Below, in pieces: positions 19,901 through 26,474 of a DNA stretch of 64,000 nucleotides. The stretch covers positions 415,416-479,415 of the forward strand of contig JAVJQW010000017.1 in the NCBI GenBank assembly GCA_040218735.1, written 5' to 3'. The DNA comes from Deltaproteobacteria bacterium (GTDB lineage Bacteria > Myxococcota > Kuafuiibacteriia > Kuafuiibacteriales > Kuafuiibacteriaceae). The position numbers and the translations under genes are program-made. The notes under the pieces are model-generated. The model was not told the origin of the DNA. It did not search any database and saw only the letters and a program-made list of their open reading frames with translations. The stretch's first letter is position 1; each line of letters opens with the position of its first letter.

Positions 19901-20324
19901 CAATGTAGAGGTGGAGCGTGGTGCGTTCGCCGCCGTCGGTGCTGGTCGCGAGGCGGCGCCGGTACAGGGCGATGAGGTCGTCCCAGCGTTTGAGGTCGTG
20001 GAGGATCAGCCCGAGCGCGAACAGCGCGCGGCGGTGGTCGGGCTGCAGCTCGAGGACGGCCTCGTAGGCTTCGGCGGCTTTCTCGAGGTCGTCGACCTCC
20101 TCTTCGAACACGAGCGCCGCCTCGACGAGGGAGTCGGTGGCGAGGTCCATGTCCTCGTCCCACAGCGCTACGCCGCGTTCGAAGAACGCCTCCGCGTAGG
20201 CCGAGAAATCGCCGTCCTCGCGCGCCGCGGCGCGGACGGATTCGGCGGCCTCCTGCGAAGCGGGATCGCTCCGCAGGGCCTCGAGAAAATCGGACAGACT
20301 GCCCAAGCGTGCCGAAAGGTACAC
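13974..20324 (-). CDS. Giant tetratricopeptide-repeat protein (myxobacterial AgmK-like architecture), 2116 aa
   Basis: Many TPR-like helix pairs (AAEAYEAVLELQPDHRRAL, AIRVYWAILETEPQHREA, ALEYYEAALAADPDD) flanking an acidic Pro-rich linker. Confidence 0.85.
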   Translation of the reverse strand: MYLSARLGSLSDFLEALRSDPASQEAAESVRAAAREDGDFSAYAEAFFERGVALWDEDMDLATDSLVEAALVFEEEVDDLEKAAEAYEAVLELQPDHRRALFALGLILHDLKRWDDLIALYRRRLATSTDGGERTTLHLYIAELLAERKDDADAAFTEVLRAVRLTPTNIRIVTRLEQLGQKTDRVDEVAVAIGDIILHQEDPRVRAALSLRLAELHLGPLGNQQRALAYLKAALWDDGGNPEVLEQIEDVFRERERFDELAEILEVTAKDRRVGPHRVRLERELARIYELELGDLPRALAAITRAVQHATDDRELLDEVMRLGLMSGDLVTVSDTYEDVCEATDNALLRTYMRLKLGHIYGNVLDRAEDAIRVYWAILETEPQHREARRRLMKLHERRGDWDDVAHLLQMDAEEAPDDATAVAIYARIVTLCDEKRVDDPERGVEACRRILEIDPQHELAKRVSDEDEADEAPARPVLDLDAVGVSAVATDATEAPTEFDGEGYGPESETHWSPDAPSPAPRAPAPRVPSTHDLVLEDDGVRLMTPDAPMEDEDETVALDEAPAAGLVLADVPQEAAIVPVERRRPPPPPPRGESAVRDPSVPITGVARVEVMDPDDEPSVGADPAEAEALASKIEAARRSTPTAPPPPPEDADDLEAKIEAARRSTPTPPPPPPEDADDLEAKIEAARLATPTPPPPPPDDAEDLEAKIEAARLDKPTPPPPPPDDAEDLDAKIPVSVDDAEELDAKIDGLQLVERDALSRQIAAAELDSWDSHIDAAEEAQPERAGAAQVVTEQIRDRRAADGDDEAEEPLDEEALAATVDEDGASEDVAGRLAQIQKELAEATEQDDRPKMIELLEEIVSTNERLEQSERAFFSMVRLAQIDPNVDRIEQTIRLGRRAQGYTLLIDTVQGVLEHVSPEQQLRFELKLAEIEADDLGDLSRALERFERLGAKSPTDEAVLGRHLSVLDAAGRHEEVAQVLLARAEATEDQKDKRGFLLRAVSVYDGKLGDSARAADVILEHHDDFADEEEVIAQAAALLTSTERYDDLIALYEKQALRTEGEKLSQLRLDLARLHLEHKADPDASEAELRRGLEERARDPQLLEALEQALLDREKWGEAVDVGMRRLEVLHSAATKNALRKRIARISEEQLASPDIALDMYQGVVADDATDDEAWSHIERLRRAREDWDGVIQALLARVDGSQDAAAQVALLLEASEIQVQVFDDLGAAQAALDRAIQVAPDHTEVLDAMAGLAMRRGEDEQGIAILRRLAEVAPAAESANVHVRIGRMLESQFGDREAAHAEYEHAYQADYECREAILALLDFAEAEDDFIRAHELAAQAARLSQDERDANALFVRAGLLAQQRVGDDLKALEYYEAALAADPDDLSTEATFGELLASRGELVQALPHLWNAAQGLSDPERSAQLAIAAARAADELPEHEIARASYDAVLNNEPTHAEALDRLGALLADDQDWSRVYELGASLVLHHEASLAAPQRSAVYFRMAKAKCADEDFEAAARLAKKAHHLAEREVGPLRLYAEMLEHAGDAFEAAECLKRLAGLLEDESAKKDALVHAGRLLGDLDGDLARASAMLTEAQTYGPEDVELADRLSSYRVQLGDALGGAEALVLPAMRRDGRERADLLVRAARVLLAAGKERGRARELLREALELVPTHAGARADLSVVLEFDGDVDELVRTQLRAADQFVEDLSTDADADGDDRVATATRLYLHAMSILRFHLELHEQALAVCKKVMKIAPETPGLREQYARLLDIVAAKGGPTAMTLSREAIVAWSYLVEQRAGDVEGLERLTVLRRRVGDTQQARVTAEILEALGETPPPEPKNGAAKVERSLDTRVINALRPVEVPFHPGETSDLTELFEALGYAPLKAMADVLPEPRPKKRDLAGAAGLGIHVSRPIGYTARVLGQETPPVYVREDAPAAVNAAFVGDGPALVVSLSKAEQHSIDELRFMFGRCFAMLRPRALMFELIPLTVLREALVGFAKFDDPSEHDVDPKMAKKRGRALERALPANDRAALQGEVRTWLESDDRRSLGEERAGVFRTAERFGLVVSGSLKTSVDVLSSLAGGRVERHWHAPLIRYAITREYHEMLRRLQ
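18117..18423 (-). repeat. About four tandem 75-bp coding repeats (25 aa: KIEAARRSTPTPPPPPPEDADDLEA)
   Basis: gatcttcgc recurs at about 18117, 18192, 18267 and 18342, a 75-bp period, with mostly synonymous differences. Confidence 0.9.
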
Positions 20325-20351
20325 GAGGACCGAGGTGGCTTGAAGGCGGCC

Positions 20352-22346
20352 TCAGTAGTTGAGTCGAAGCTCGGTGTAGAGGCTCGTGAGCTGGCGGAAG
20401 AAGGTGCCCTTGGTGCCGTCGCGCGCGGTGCCGAGGCGCCCGCCGATCGCGAACGTGTAGTGCTGGAACCACCGCTCGTTGTACTCGAGCGTGATGAGGT
20501 GATCCGTCGGGTTTCTCAGGTCGAACAGATCCGTGAAGGTGATCTGCGAGCCCACCCCGTTGTTGAAGTCCCAGCGGAACCCGTACACGAGGTGGTTCTC
20601 GAAGAAGCGCACGATGTCGTCCGGCGGGCGGTCCCCGCCGAAGAGCTGACTGTCGGAGTCGCCGATGACCTCCGCGAGCGGGATGAACGTGCTGCCGCCG
20701 ACGAAGTTGTCGAACGTGTGCTCCACCCCCGCCACCACCATCACGCGCGGGCCGGGCATCGGGATCTCCGCGGCGGGTCGCCCGTTGTCGAGCGTGAGCG
20801 GCGGGTTCCGCGTGCGGTCCGTCGGCGTGTGGATCACGTACGCGCCTTCGAGCTTGAGCGAGGTGTTGCCGAACAGGATCGAGGCGTCGCTGCTGATGTG
20901 GTGGAGCAGCGGGTACACGAGTGTGTCGGTCGGCAGGTGTACGAACGGGAAGCGGTTGTAGCCGTAGAAGTAGCCGGCGTGCACGTCGAAGCCCGAGAAG
21001 ACGAGGTCGAGGCGCGTGGCGACCTGCGGGTGCCACTGTTCGAGTGACGACGCGTAGAGCGGGGCGTCGCCGTAGTCGAAGGTCTGGGGGTCTTGCCCCG
21101 ACGGCGCCTGGATCACGGAGAACGGCGTGTCGAACCTCGGGAGCGCGGGCGGGATGAACGGCGTGAGGTAGAGCAGCGACAGCGAGTGGTTGCCGAGGAG
21201 GATCTTCGCGGACGCCATGGGCTGTCCGACCTTCGGTGCGTCGACGATCCCCTCCGCGAAGTTACGCGCGTTGATCACGTCGACGACGTGCAGCGCGCTC
21301 GCCGATCCCCAGGTGAGCGTGTTCCAGCCGATGCGAACGTCGGCGTGGCGGAAGCCGTACTCGAAGAACGCCTCTTCGACGATCAGGCGGTGCAGGCGTT
21401 GGTTGGTGGCGTCGACCTCGACGAGGGGGAGGAGGCGCACGCGCGCGGAGTCGCCGAACTTGCCGGTGACGGTGGAGCGGAAGCCGGCCTTGAGGATCTG
21501 GCGGCTCTTGCCGTCGAGGAGATCGGGGCTGACGAAGGCCCAGTACTTGGAGCCGACCCAACCGCGCACGCTCCAGACCCAGCCGTCCTCTTCGCCGAAC
21601 CCGTCGAACTCCGCCTCGGCGGTGACCTCGGTGTCGCCGCTGAACTCGGCGTTGAACTCGGCGTCGAAGTCGGTGTCGCCCGAGCCGAAGTCGGTGTCGG
21701 TGTCGACCTCGTCGAGGATGCTCGTCGACTCGGCGACGGTGGTCGTCTCCGTGGTGTCGGTCGGCGGTGGGGGCTCGGGCGGCTTCGTGACGTTCGCGAG
21801 CTGCGCGCGGCGGCCCGGCCAGAGGGTCTCGAGCTTTTGGTTGGTCTTGCGCCCGATCCGGTAGCCGCGATCGCGCGTCTCGGCGTCCGGCTTGTAGTAG
21901 TCGGAGCGGAAGTCCATCTCGATCTGTCCGGACTCCGCGTTCACGAGGAGGGCGCGCGCCGTGTAGAGCCAGCCGCGTTTGGTGACGGTGACGCGGAGGA
22001 CCCAGTGGGCGTCGATCTTCTTGCCGATGGCGGCGAGGGCCTTCGGGTTCCAGCGCACCTTGGGGTCGATGCGGAGGGTGTCGCCGGCCTCGGCGAAGGC
22101 GTCCTCTTGAAGGACCGTGTAGCCGCCGGTCTCAAGCTCTTGGACGATGCCGCGGGTGAGGTTGGCGGTGCCCCAGCGCGCTTGGCCGCGGACGTCGGGG
22201 ACGAGGAGCCTCAAGCCCTGGAGATCTTCGGCGCGAGCGGCGTTGGGCGCGGCCAGCCCGAAGAGGAGCGCGACCGTCAGACCCGGGAGGACGGCGGCCT
22301 GTTTTACTCCGCGTGCGATTTGAAGGACCCTCTGGGGCCGGAGCAT
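20352..22346 (-). CDS. Putative outer-membrane barrel protein of the type linked to MMPL and LolA-like genes (DUF1302-like), with extra N-terminal periplasmic domain
   Basis: Signal peptide ending AARA, N-terminal alpha/beta domain, acidic linker, then strands including RIGWNTLTWG...HVVDVIN...KVGQPM, terminal YTELRLNY. Start uncertain. Confidence 0.68.
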   Translation of the reverse strand: MLRPQRVLQIARGVKQAAVLPGLTVALLFGLAAPNAARAEDLQGLRLLVPDVRGQARWGTANLTRGIVQELETGGYTVLQEDAFAEAGDTLRIDPKVRWNPKALAAIGKKIDAHWVLRVTVTKRGWLYTARALLVNAESGQIEMDFRSDYYKPDAETRDRGYRIGRKTNQKLETLWPGRRAQLANVTKPPEPPPPTDTTETTTVAESTSILDEVDTDTDFGSGDTDFDAEFNAEFSGDTEVTAEAEFDGFGEEDGWVWSVRGWVGSKYWAFVSPDLLDGKSRQILKAGFRSTVTGKFGDSARVRLLPLVEVDATNQRLHRLIVEEAFFEYGFRHADVRIGWNTLTWGSASALHVVDVINARNFAEGIVDAPKVGQPMASAKILLGNHSLSLLYLTPFIPPALPRFDTPFSVIQAPSGQDPQTFDYGDAPLYASSLEQWHPQVATRLDLVFSGFDVHAGYFYGYNRFPFVHLPTDTLVYPLLHHISSDASILFGNTSLKLEGAYVIHTPTDRTRNPPLTLDNGRPAAEIPMPGPRVMVVAGVEHTFDNFVGGSTFIPLAEVIGDSDSQLFGGDRPPDDIVRFFENHLVYGFRWDFNNGVGSQITFTDLFDLRNPTDHLITLEYNERWFQHYTFAIGGRLGTARDGTKGTFFRQLTSLYTELRLNY

Positions 22347-22878
22347 GCTGAGTCTCAAGACGCACGACAAGGAGCCCTTCGATCTCGCGGCGGCGGTGGC
22401 CTCGAAGCCCGCCACGGTGCTGATCGTCTTCCGCGGACCCTGGTGTCCGTACTGCCAGGAGTACTGGGAGGACCTCGCGGACTACGCCGAGAAGTTCGAA
22501 GCCGCGGGCGCGCAGGTGATCGGCCTGTCCGCCGACAAGCCGAAGGCGCTGCGTCGCTTCCGCCGCCACCACCGCCTGAGCTTCCTGATGCTGAGCGACC
22601 CGAACCTCACGTCGAAGAAGGTGCTCGGCGTGAAGAAGGAGTCGCTGCACCCCGCCGCGATGTCCTACAAGAAGGAGGCGTTCCTGCAGCCCGGCGCGTT
22701 CGTCTGGACGCAGGACGGCAAGCTCCACTACGAGTGGACGCAGGACCCGAAGCTCTCGAACGTGTACGGCGCCGCGAAGCGCCCCAGCCCGAAGAAGCTG
22801 TTGAAGCGCGTGATGGCGGCGCTGCACCCCGAGCCGAAGGAAGACGGGCCCAAGGTCGAGGCCCCGGCGACGGCGTAG
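22345..22878 (+). CDS. AhpC/TSA (peroxiredoxin-like) thioredoxin-fold protein
   Basis: FRGPWCPYC, GAQVIGLSAD, FLMLSDPN. Confidence 0.85.
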   Translation: MLSLKTHDKEPFDLAAAVASKPATVLIVFRGPWCPYCQEYWEDLADYAEKFEAAGAQVIGLSADKPKALRRFRRHHRLSFLMLSDPNLTSKKVLGVKKESLHPAAMSYKKEAFLQPGAFVWTQDGKLHYEWTQDPKLSNVYGAAKRPSPKKLLKRVMAALHPEPKEDGPKVEAPATA

Positions 22879-22879
22879 C

Positions 22880-23020
22880 GTGGCTGGGCGGGAGAAGGAC
22901 GCGGACGACGACGCGTGGGTCGCGGAGATCGAGCGCCGAATTGGAGCGGTAGAATCCGGCGAGTCAAAGGGCGAGGCGTGGGAAGACGTCTACGCCGAGG
23001 CGCTCACGCGTAGCAAGTAG
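22880..23020 (+). pseudogene. Truncated putative addiction-module antitoxin (TIGR02574-like), 46 aa
   Basis: Manual translation: VAGREKDADDDAWVAEIERRIGAVESGESKGEAWEDVYAEALTRSK*. Matches the recalled AWxxEIERR...SG...WEEV signature; N-terminal half and toxin gene are absent. Confidence 0.6.
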
Positions 23021-23093
23021 ACCACCTGAGTCGAAATCTTCGAACGCTGGCACCTGCTGGAGCCCAGCTCCGACAGAGTTCGTGTCGAGACAG

Positions 23094-24290
23094 CTAGGTT
23101 CCGTCAGCAGCTTCGACCAAGGATCCTACCATCAGCTGAAGTTGCGCCATCGCCGGGTGAGGTCTACGCGAAAAGAACTCCGCAGCTCCAAAGCAAACAG
23201 CGATGTTCGCGACGGTTTCATTGAAGAACTGGATTGCGAGTACGCCCTGGGACGAATGCAGGACGTCCGGTGTCATGCGGTAGCCGGACACGAAGTTCAA
23301 GTGCTCCGTCCACGCCGCTTGCGAGTTCATCGGTGCTGGCTGCATGAACTCAATCAGGCTCGAAGGTCCAAATATCTGGCCGCCCGATCGGCGGCCTCCA
23401 AAGAACATGAAACTCTGCTCCCTCCTAAGCACAACGGCTGACAGTTCCCCTACTCCGTCTGCTTCCACAGCCTCAACACCGCAGAAGCTCCACCCACGCG
23501 GAACATCTACCTGCCCATACGCTAGGGCGGGGTTCAATGTCTGACTCAATTTGTTCCTGAGTGCTGACGGAACAGTGATCCGTTCGAGGAAGGGTCGCTC
23601 GATAGACAGATTCTGAAAAGCCGGCCCGACCCAGCTGAAAGAGAACACGCCCGACTGATGAACCAGTGCCACCAGACACGCGATTGCGCAAAAAGACGAC
23701 TGCCTCTTTGCGTTCAACATCTTCGTCACCTGCGCCTCATCGCCGACCGACATGAAGAATTGGAGTGGATAGTCGCCAAGAACCCCCTTCATCAGTGGCC
23801 CCTCCGATGACTCTCTGACGACGAATGCAGGGAACTGAATCGTCCGCCGCGGCTGCGTACCCAATACGATGCTCCGTAGCGCGTCCGGCTCGAGCGGAGT
23901 ATTCCGACTCCCGTATCTAATGAGGTATCGGCCGCTGGGAGTACAATGCGGTTTGGTCGAAGACTCTGGGATATCGACGACGAGGATTGCTCGACCTCGG
24001 CTGTCGCGTTCCATGTTGAGTCGATGATCGACCGGCGGCGAACAATCGCTCGCCTTATTGGAGACTTCGAGCTGAGCACTGTCGGTTACGGAAGTGCCGA
24101 CGATTCGCCCTCGCGTCACCTGACCTGGAATCTCATCGACTCCGAGATAGACTCTCCCGCCTTGCGAGTTTGCAAACGAGACGAAGTCTTCCGGCTTGAT
24201 GTGGGAGTATCCCCGCTTGAAGTCGACGTGGCGTCCTTCGCCCGCAGCAAGATCGGCCCGCGTACGACTTGAAACCGTCGACCGCGCCAC
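23094..24290 (-). CDS. Schlafen/AlbA_2 domain protein with unrecognised C-terminal domain
   Basis: GEGRHVDFKR, FVSFANSQGGRVYLGVDE, YLIRYGSRN. Visibly more A/T-rich and atypical in codon use compared with flanks. Confidence 0.8.
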   Translation of the reverse strand: MARSTVSSRTRADLAAGEGRHVDFKRGYSHIKPEDFVSFANSQGGRVYLGVDEIPGQVTRGRIVGTSVTDSAQLEVSNKASDCSPPVDHRLNMERDSRGRAILVVDIPESSTKPHCTPSGRYLIRYGSRNTPLEPDALRSIVLGTQPRRTIQFPAFVVRESSEGPLMKGVLGDYPLQFFMSVGDEAQVTKMLNAKRQSSFCAIACLVALVHQSGVFSFSWVGPAFQNLSIERPFLERITVPSALRNKLSQTLNPALAYGQVDVPRGWSFCGVEAVEADGVGELSAVVLRREQSFMFFGGRRSGGQIFGPSSLIEFMQPAPMNSQAAWTEHLNFVSGYRMTPDVLHSSQGVLAIQFFNETVANIAVCFGAAEFFSRRPHPAMAQLQLMVGSLVEAADGT

Positions 24291-24293
24291 CCC

Positions 24294-24524
24294 TCAAATC
24301 CCCAGCAACCCGATCCGCCGCTTCCGCTTCTTCGGGCGCTCCTCGTACAGGATGATCACCGGGATCACCTGGTCGCGATCCACATCCGTCGCGCCCGCGA
24401 TGGCGTCGCTGATCGCGTCGCCGACGACGTCCGCGAGGTCGCCCTCGCCGCGGGCGAGCGCCTTCAGTTCTCTCTTCTTGCGTCGCCCCGCGCGGACGAG
24501 GACGCGGTCGATCGCGTCGTGCAT
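24294..24524 (-). CDS. Small basic protein, paralog of 24924..25160 (possibly DUF6200-like)
   Basis: MHDAIDRVLVRAGRRKKRELKAL...VIPVIILYEERPKKRKRR. TGATG coupling with the upstream gene. Confidence 0.7.
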   Translation of the reverse strand: MHDAIDRVLVRAGRRKKRELKALARGEGDLADVVGDAISDAIAGATDVDRDQVIPVIILYEERPKKRKRRIGLLGI

Positions 24525-24901
24525 CACAGGCGGAAGAGGTCTTCGAGGATGCGGTCGCCGTCGTACGGGTACATGCCGTTCGTCAGCTTGCTCATGCGCT
24601 TCGCGTACGCGGCGTAGGCCTTGGCCGAGTTCTTCGCCGCGTCCATCAGGCCGCCGTCGCGCTTCTTCTTCGACGACTTGTTCGAGCCCTTCTCCCACTC
24701 GCGCACGCCGTCGAGCACGGCGTTCAGGATGCGGCGGTCCAGCTCGGTCATCGCGCGGTCGTAGCGCTGCGCCTCTTCGAGGCCCATCGAGTACTTCCGC
24801 TTCTTGTTCTTCTTCTTCTTCTTCTTGCCCTTCTTGGCCTTGCCGCCTTCGGGCAGCTCCAGTCCGGAAAGCTCCGCCGCTTCGTTCGTCTCTTCGACCA
24901 T
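24524..24901 (-). CDS. Small lysine-rich protein (possibly DUF6312-like)
   Basis: GAGGGAG RBS-like sequence before ATG; KKGKKKKKKNKKRKYS...SNKSSKKKRDGGLMD; host-like codon usage. Confidence 0.75.
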   Translation of the reverse strand: MVEETNEAAELSGLELPEGGKAKKGKKKKKKNKKRKYSMGLEEAQRYDRAMTELDRRILNAVLDGVREWEKGSNKSSKKKRDGGLMDAAKNSAKAYAAYAKRMSKLTNGMYPYDGDRILEDLFRL

Positions 24902-24923
24902 CGTCCGTACTCCCTCTCTTCGT

Positions 24924-25160
24924 TCAACCGCCCAGCAGGATCCGGATCGGATCGTCCCGCTTCCGCCGCTTCCTCTTGTACACCACCACCACGGGCACGA
25001 GCGTCTTGCCCTCGGCCTCCGCGCCGAGCTGCGCGCGCACCTGCTCCACCGTGGCGTCGATCTCGCCGACCAACGGCCCCGCGTGACGCTCCAACGAGCG
25101 CAGCCGCTTCCGCTTGCGCTTCCCGAGATCCACCAGGATCGGCGGTAGAAATGACGACAT
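24924..25160 (-). CDS. Small basic protein (possibly DUF6200-like)
   Basis: PILVDLGKRKRKRLRSL...GKTLVPVVVVYKRKRRKR; aligns by eye with the 24294 protein. Confidence 0.72.
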   Translation of the reverse strand: MSSFLPPILVDLGKRKRKRLRSLERHAGPLVGEIDATVEQVRAQLGAEAEGKTLVPVVVVYKRKRRKRDDPIRILLGG

Positions 25161-25247
25161 CCGCACGCGCTCAGGGCCCCCGCGCGCCGAAAAAACGCGC
25201 GTCGGCGACTGTACGAGCGCCCCTAAACCGCGTCAACTCGACGCCCC

Positions 25248-26438
25248 GTGCGCATCTGCATCATCGGCGCCGGCATCGCCGGCCTCGTCGCCGCCCGCCA
25301 GCTGAAACGCCGCGGCGCCGACGTCACCGTCCTCGAAGCCGCCGACACCGCCGGCGGCAAGTGCCACAGCCTCCGCCGCTTCGGACGCATCTACGAGCTC
25401 GGGGCGCTCGGCGTCTTCGGGACGTACCACCGCACCCGCGCCTACCTCGACGAGCTCGGCATCGAGCTCACCCCCTGCGACACCCTCGTCGACGCCCGCG
25501 GCGCCCCGGTCCGCCGCGTCCGCCACGGCCCCGAGGACCAAACCTGGTTGCTCGCGCTCGCCGACGAGCTCGGCGATGCCGACCTCGTGACCGACCACAG
25601 CCAGGTCGCCCCCCTCGAGCTGCACCTCCCCATACAGAGCTGGCTCGAACGACGCGGTCTCTGGCCCATCCCGCCGCTCCTCACCTGGGGCTACCAGGCC
25701 TGCGGCTACGGCTTCGTCACCGAGGACATCGCCGCGCTCTACCACCTTCGCATCATGTCGCTGTGTCGGGGCGTCATCGACACCGTGCGCGGCGGTTACC
25801 AAGAGCTCTGCACCCGCCTCGCGGAGACACTCCCGGTTCGAACGTCGTGCGCGGTCCGCCGCATCACCCGCGGCGACACGATCCGTATCACGACCGACGA
25901 AGGCACGACCGAAGCCGACGCCCTCGTCGTCACACCCGCGCCCGGCACCGCGCTCGAGCTTGTGGACGTCGACGACGAAGAACGTGCCGTCCTCGAAGCC
26001 TTCCGGAGCCAGGACTACGTTAGCGCCCTCGTCGAAGCGGAGAACCTCTCCGACGACGTGGGTCTCACCTTCGTCTCCGATCGCCAGACCTCGGCCGACC
26101 GGGGTCATGTCGTGATCTACCTGAAACCCGGAGCCGACCGCCCGCTGTACTCTGTATGGCAGTACAGCACCGGCAACGACGAGGCCGACGCCGCGTGCCT
26201 CGAAGCCGACGTCCGCGATCTCGGTGCGACCTCTGTGCGTACTCTCGCGCGCCGCCGCTGGACGGACTACTTCCCCTACCTCCCCCCCGCCGCGCTCGCC
26301 GCCGGGTTCGGCGTCCGCCTCGACGCTCTCCAGGGCCACCGACGTACGTTCTGGGTCGGCGGCGCCTACTCGATGGAGATCGTCGAGGCCGCAATCCGTC
26401 ACGCCGAGGCCGTCGCCAACACCCACGACTTGGGTTGA
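25248..26438 (+). CDS. FAD-dependent oxidoreductase resembling polyunsaturated fatty acid (linoleate) isomerase PAI
   Basis: GAGIAG Rossmann motif, GGKCHS...GRIYELGA, GYG, GHVVIY, YFP, LQGHRRTFWVG; collinear with the recalled Cutibacterium acnes PAI sequence. Confidence 0.8.
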   Translation: MRICIIGAGIAGLVAARQLKRRGADVTVLEAADTAGGKCHSLRRFGRIYELGALGVFGTYHRTRAYLDELGIELTPCDTLVDARGAPVRRVRHGPEDQTWLLALADELGDADLVTDHSQVAPLELHLPIQSWLERRGLWPIPPLLTWGYQACGYGFVTEDIAALYHLRIMSLCRGVIDTVRGGYQELCTRLAETLPVRTSCAVRRITRGDTIRITTDEGTTEADALVVTPAPGTALELVDVDDEERAVLEAFRSQDYVSALVEAENLSDDVGLTFVSDRQTSADRGHVVIYLKPGADRPLYSVWQYSTGNDEADAACLEADVRDLGATSVRTLARRRWTDYFPYLPPAALAAGFGVRLDALQGHRRTFWVGGAYSMEIVEAAIRHAEAVANTHDLG

Positions 26439-26474
26439 GCGCGACCTGTGACGGTGCGAGGAGTGTCGAGTTCG

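Noticed and set aside
22321-22344. In-frame TGA upstream of the peroxiredoxin-like gene as possible selenocysteine
   Set aside because: It is not at the redox motif (CPYC is intact) and the upstream translation shows no family similarity.
14289-22952. Very long plus-strand ORFs (1069, 1158 and 619 aa)
   Set aside because: Antisense shadows of the TPR and barrel genes; Arg/Gly/Val-rich with no motifs, as expected in high-GC coding DNA.
25185-25207. Short inverted repeat CGCCGA...TCGGCG in the divergent intergenic region
   Set aside because: A 6-bp GC-rich stem is expected by chance here; cannot be supported as an operator or terminator.
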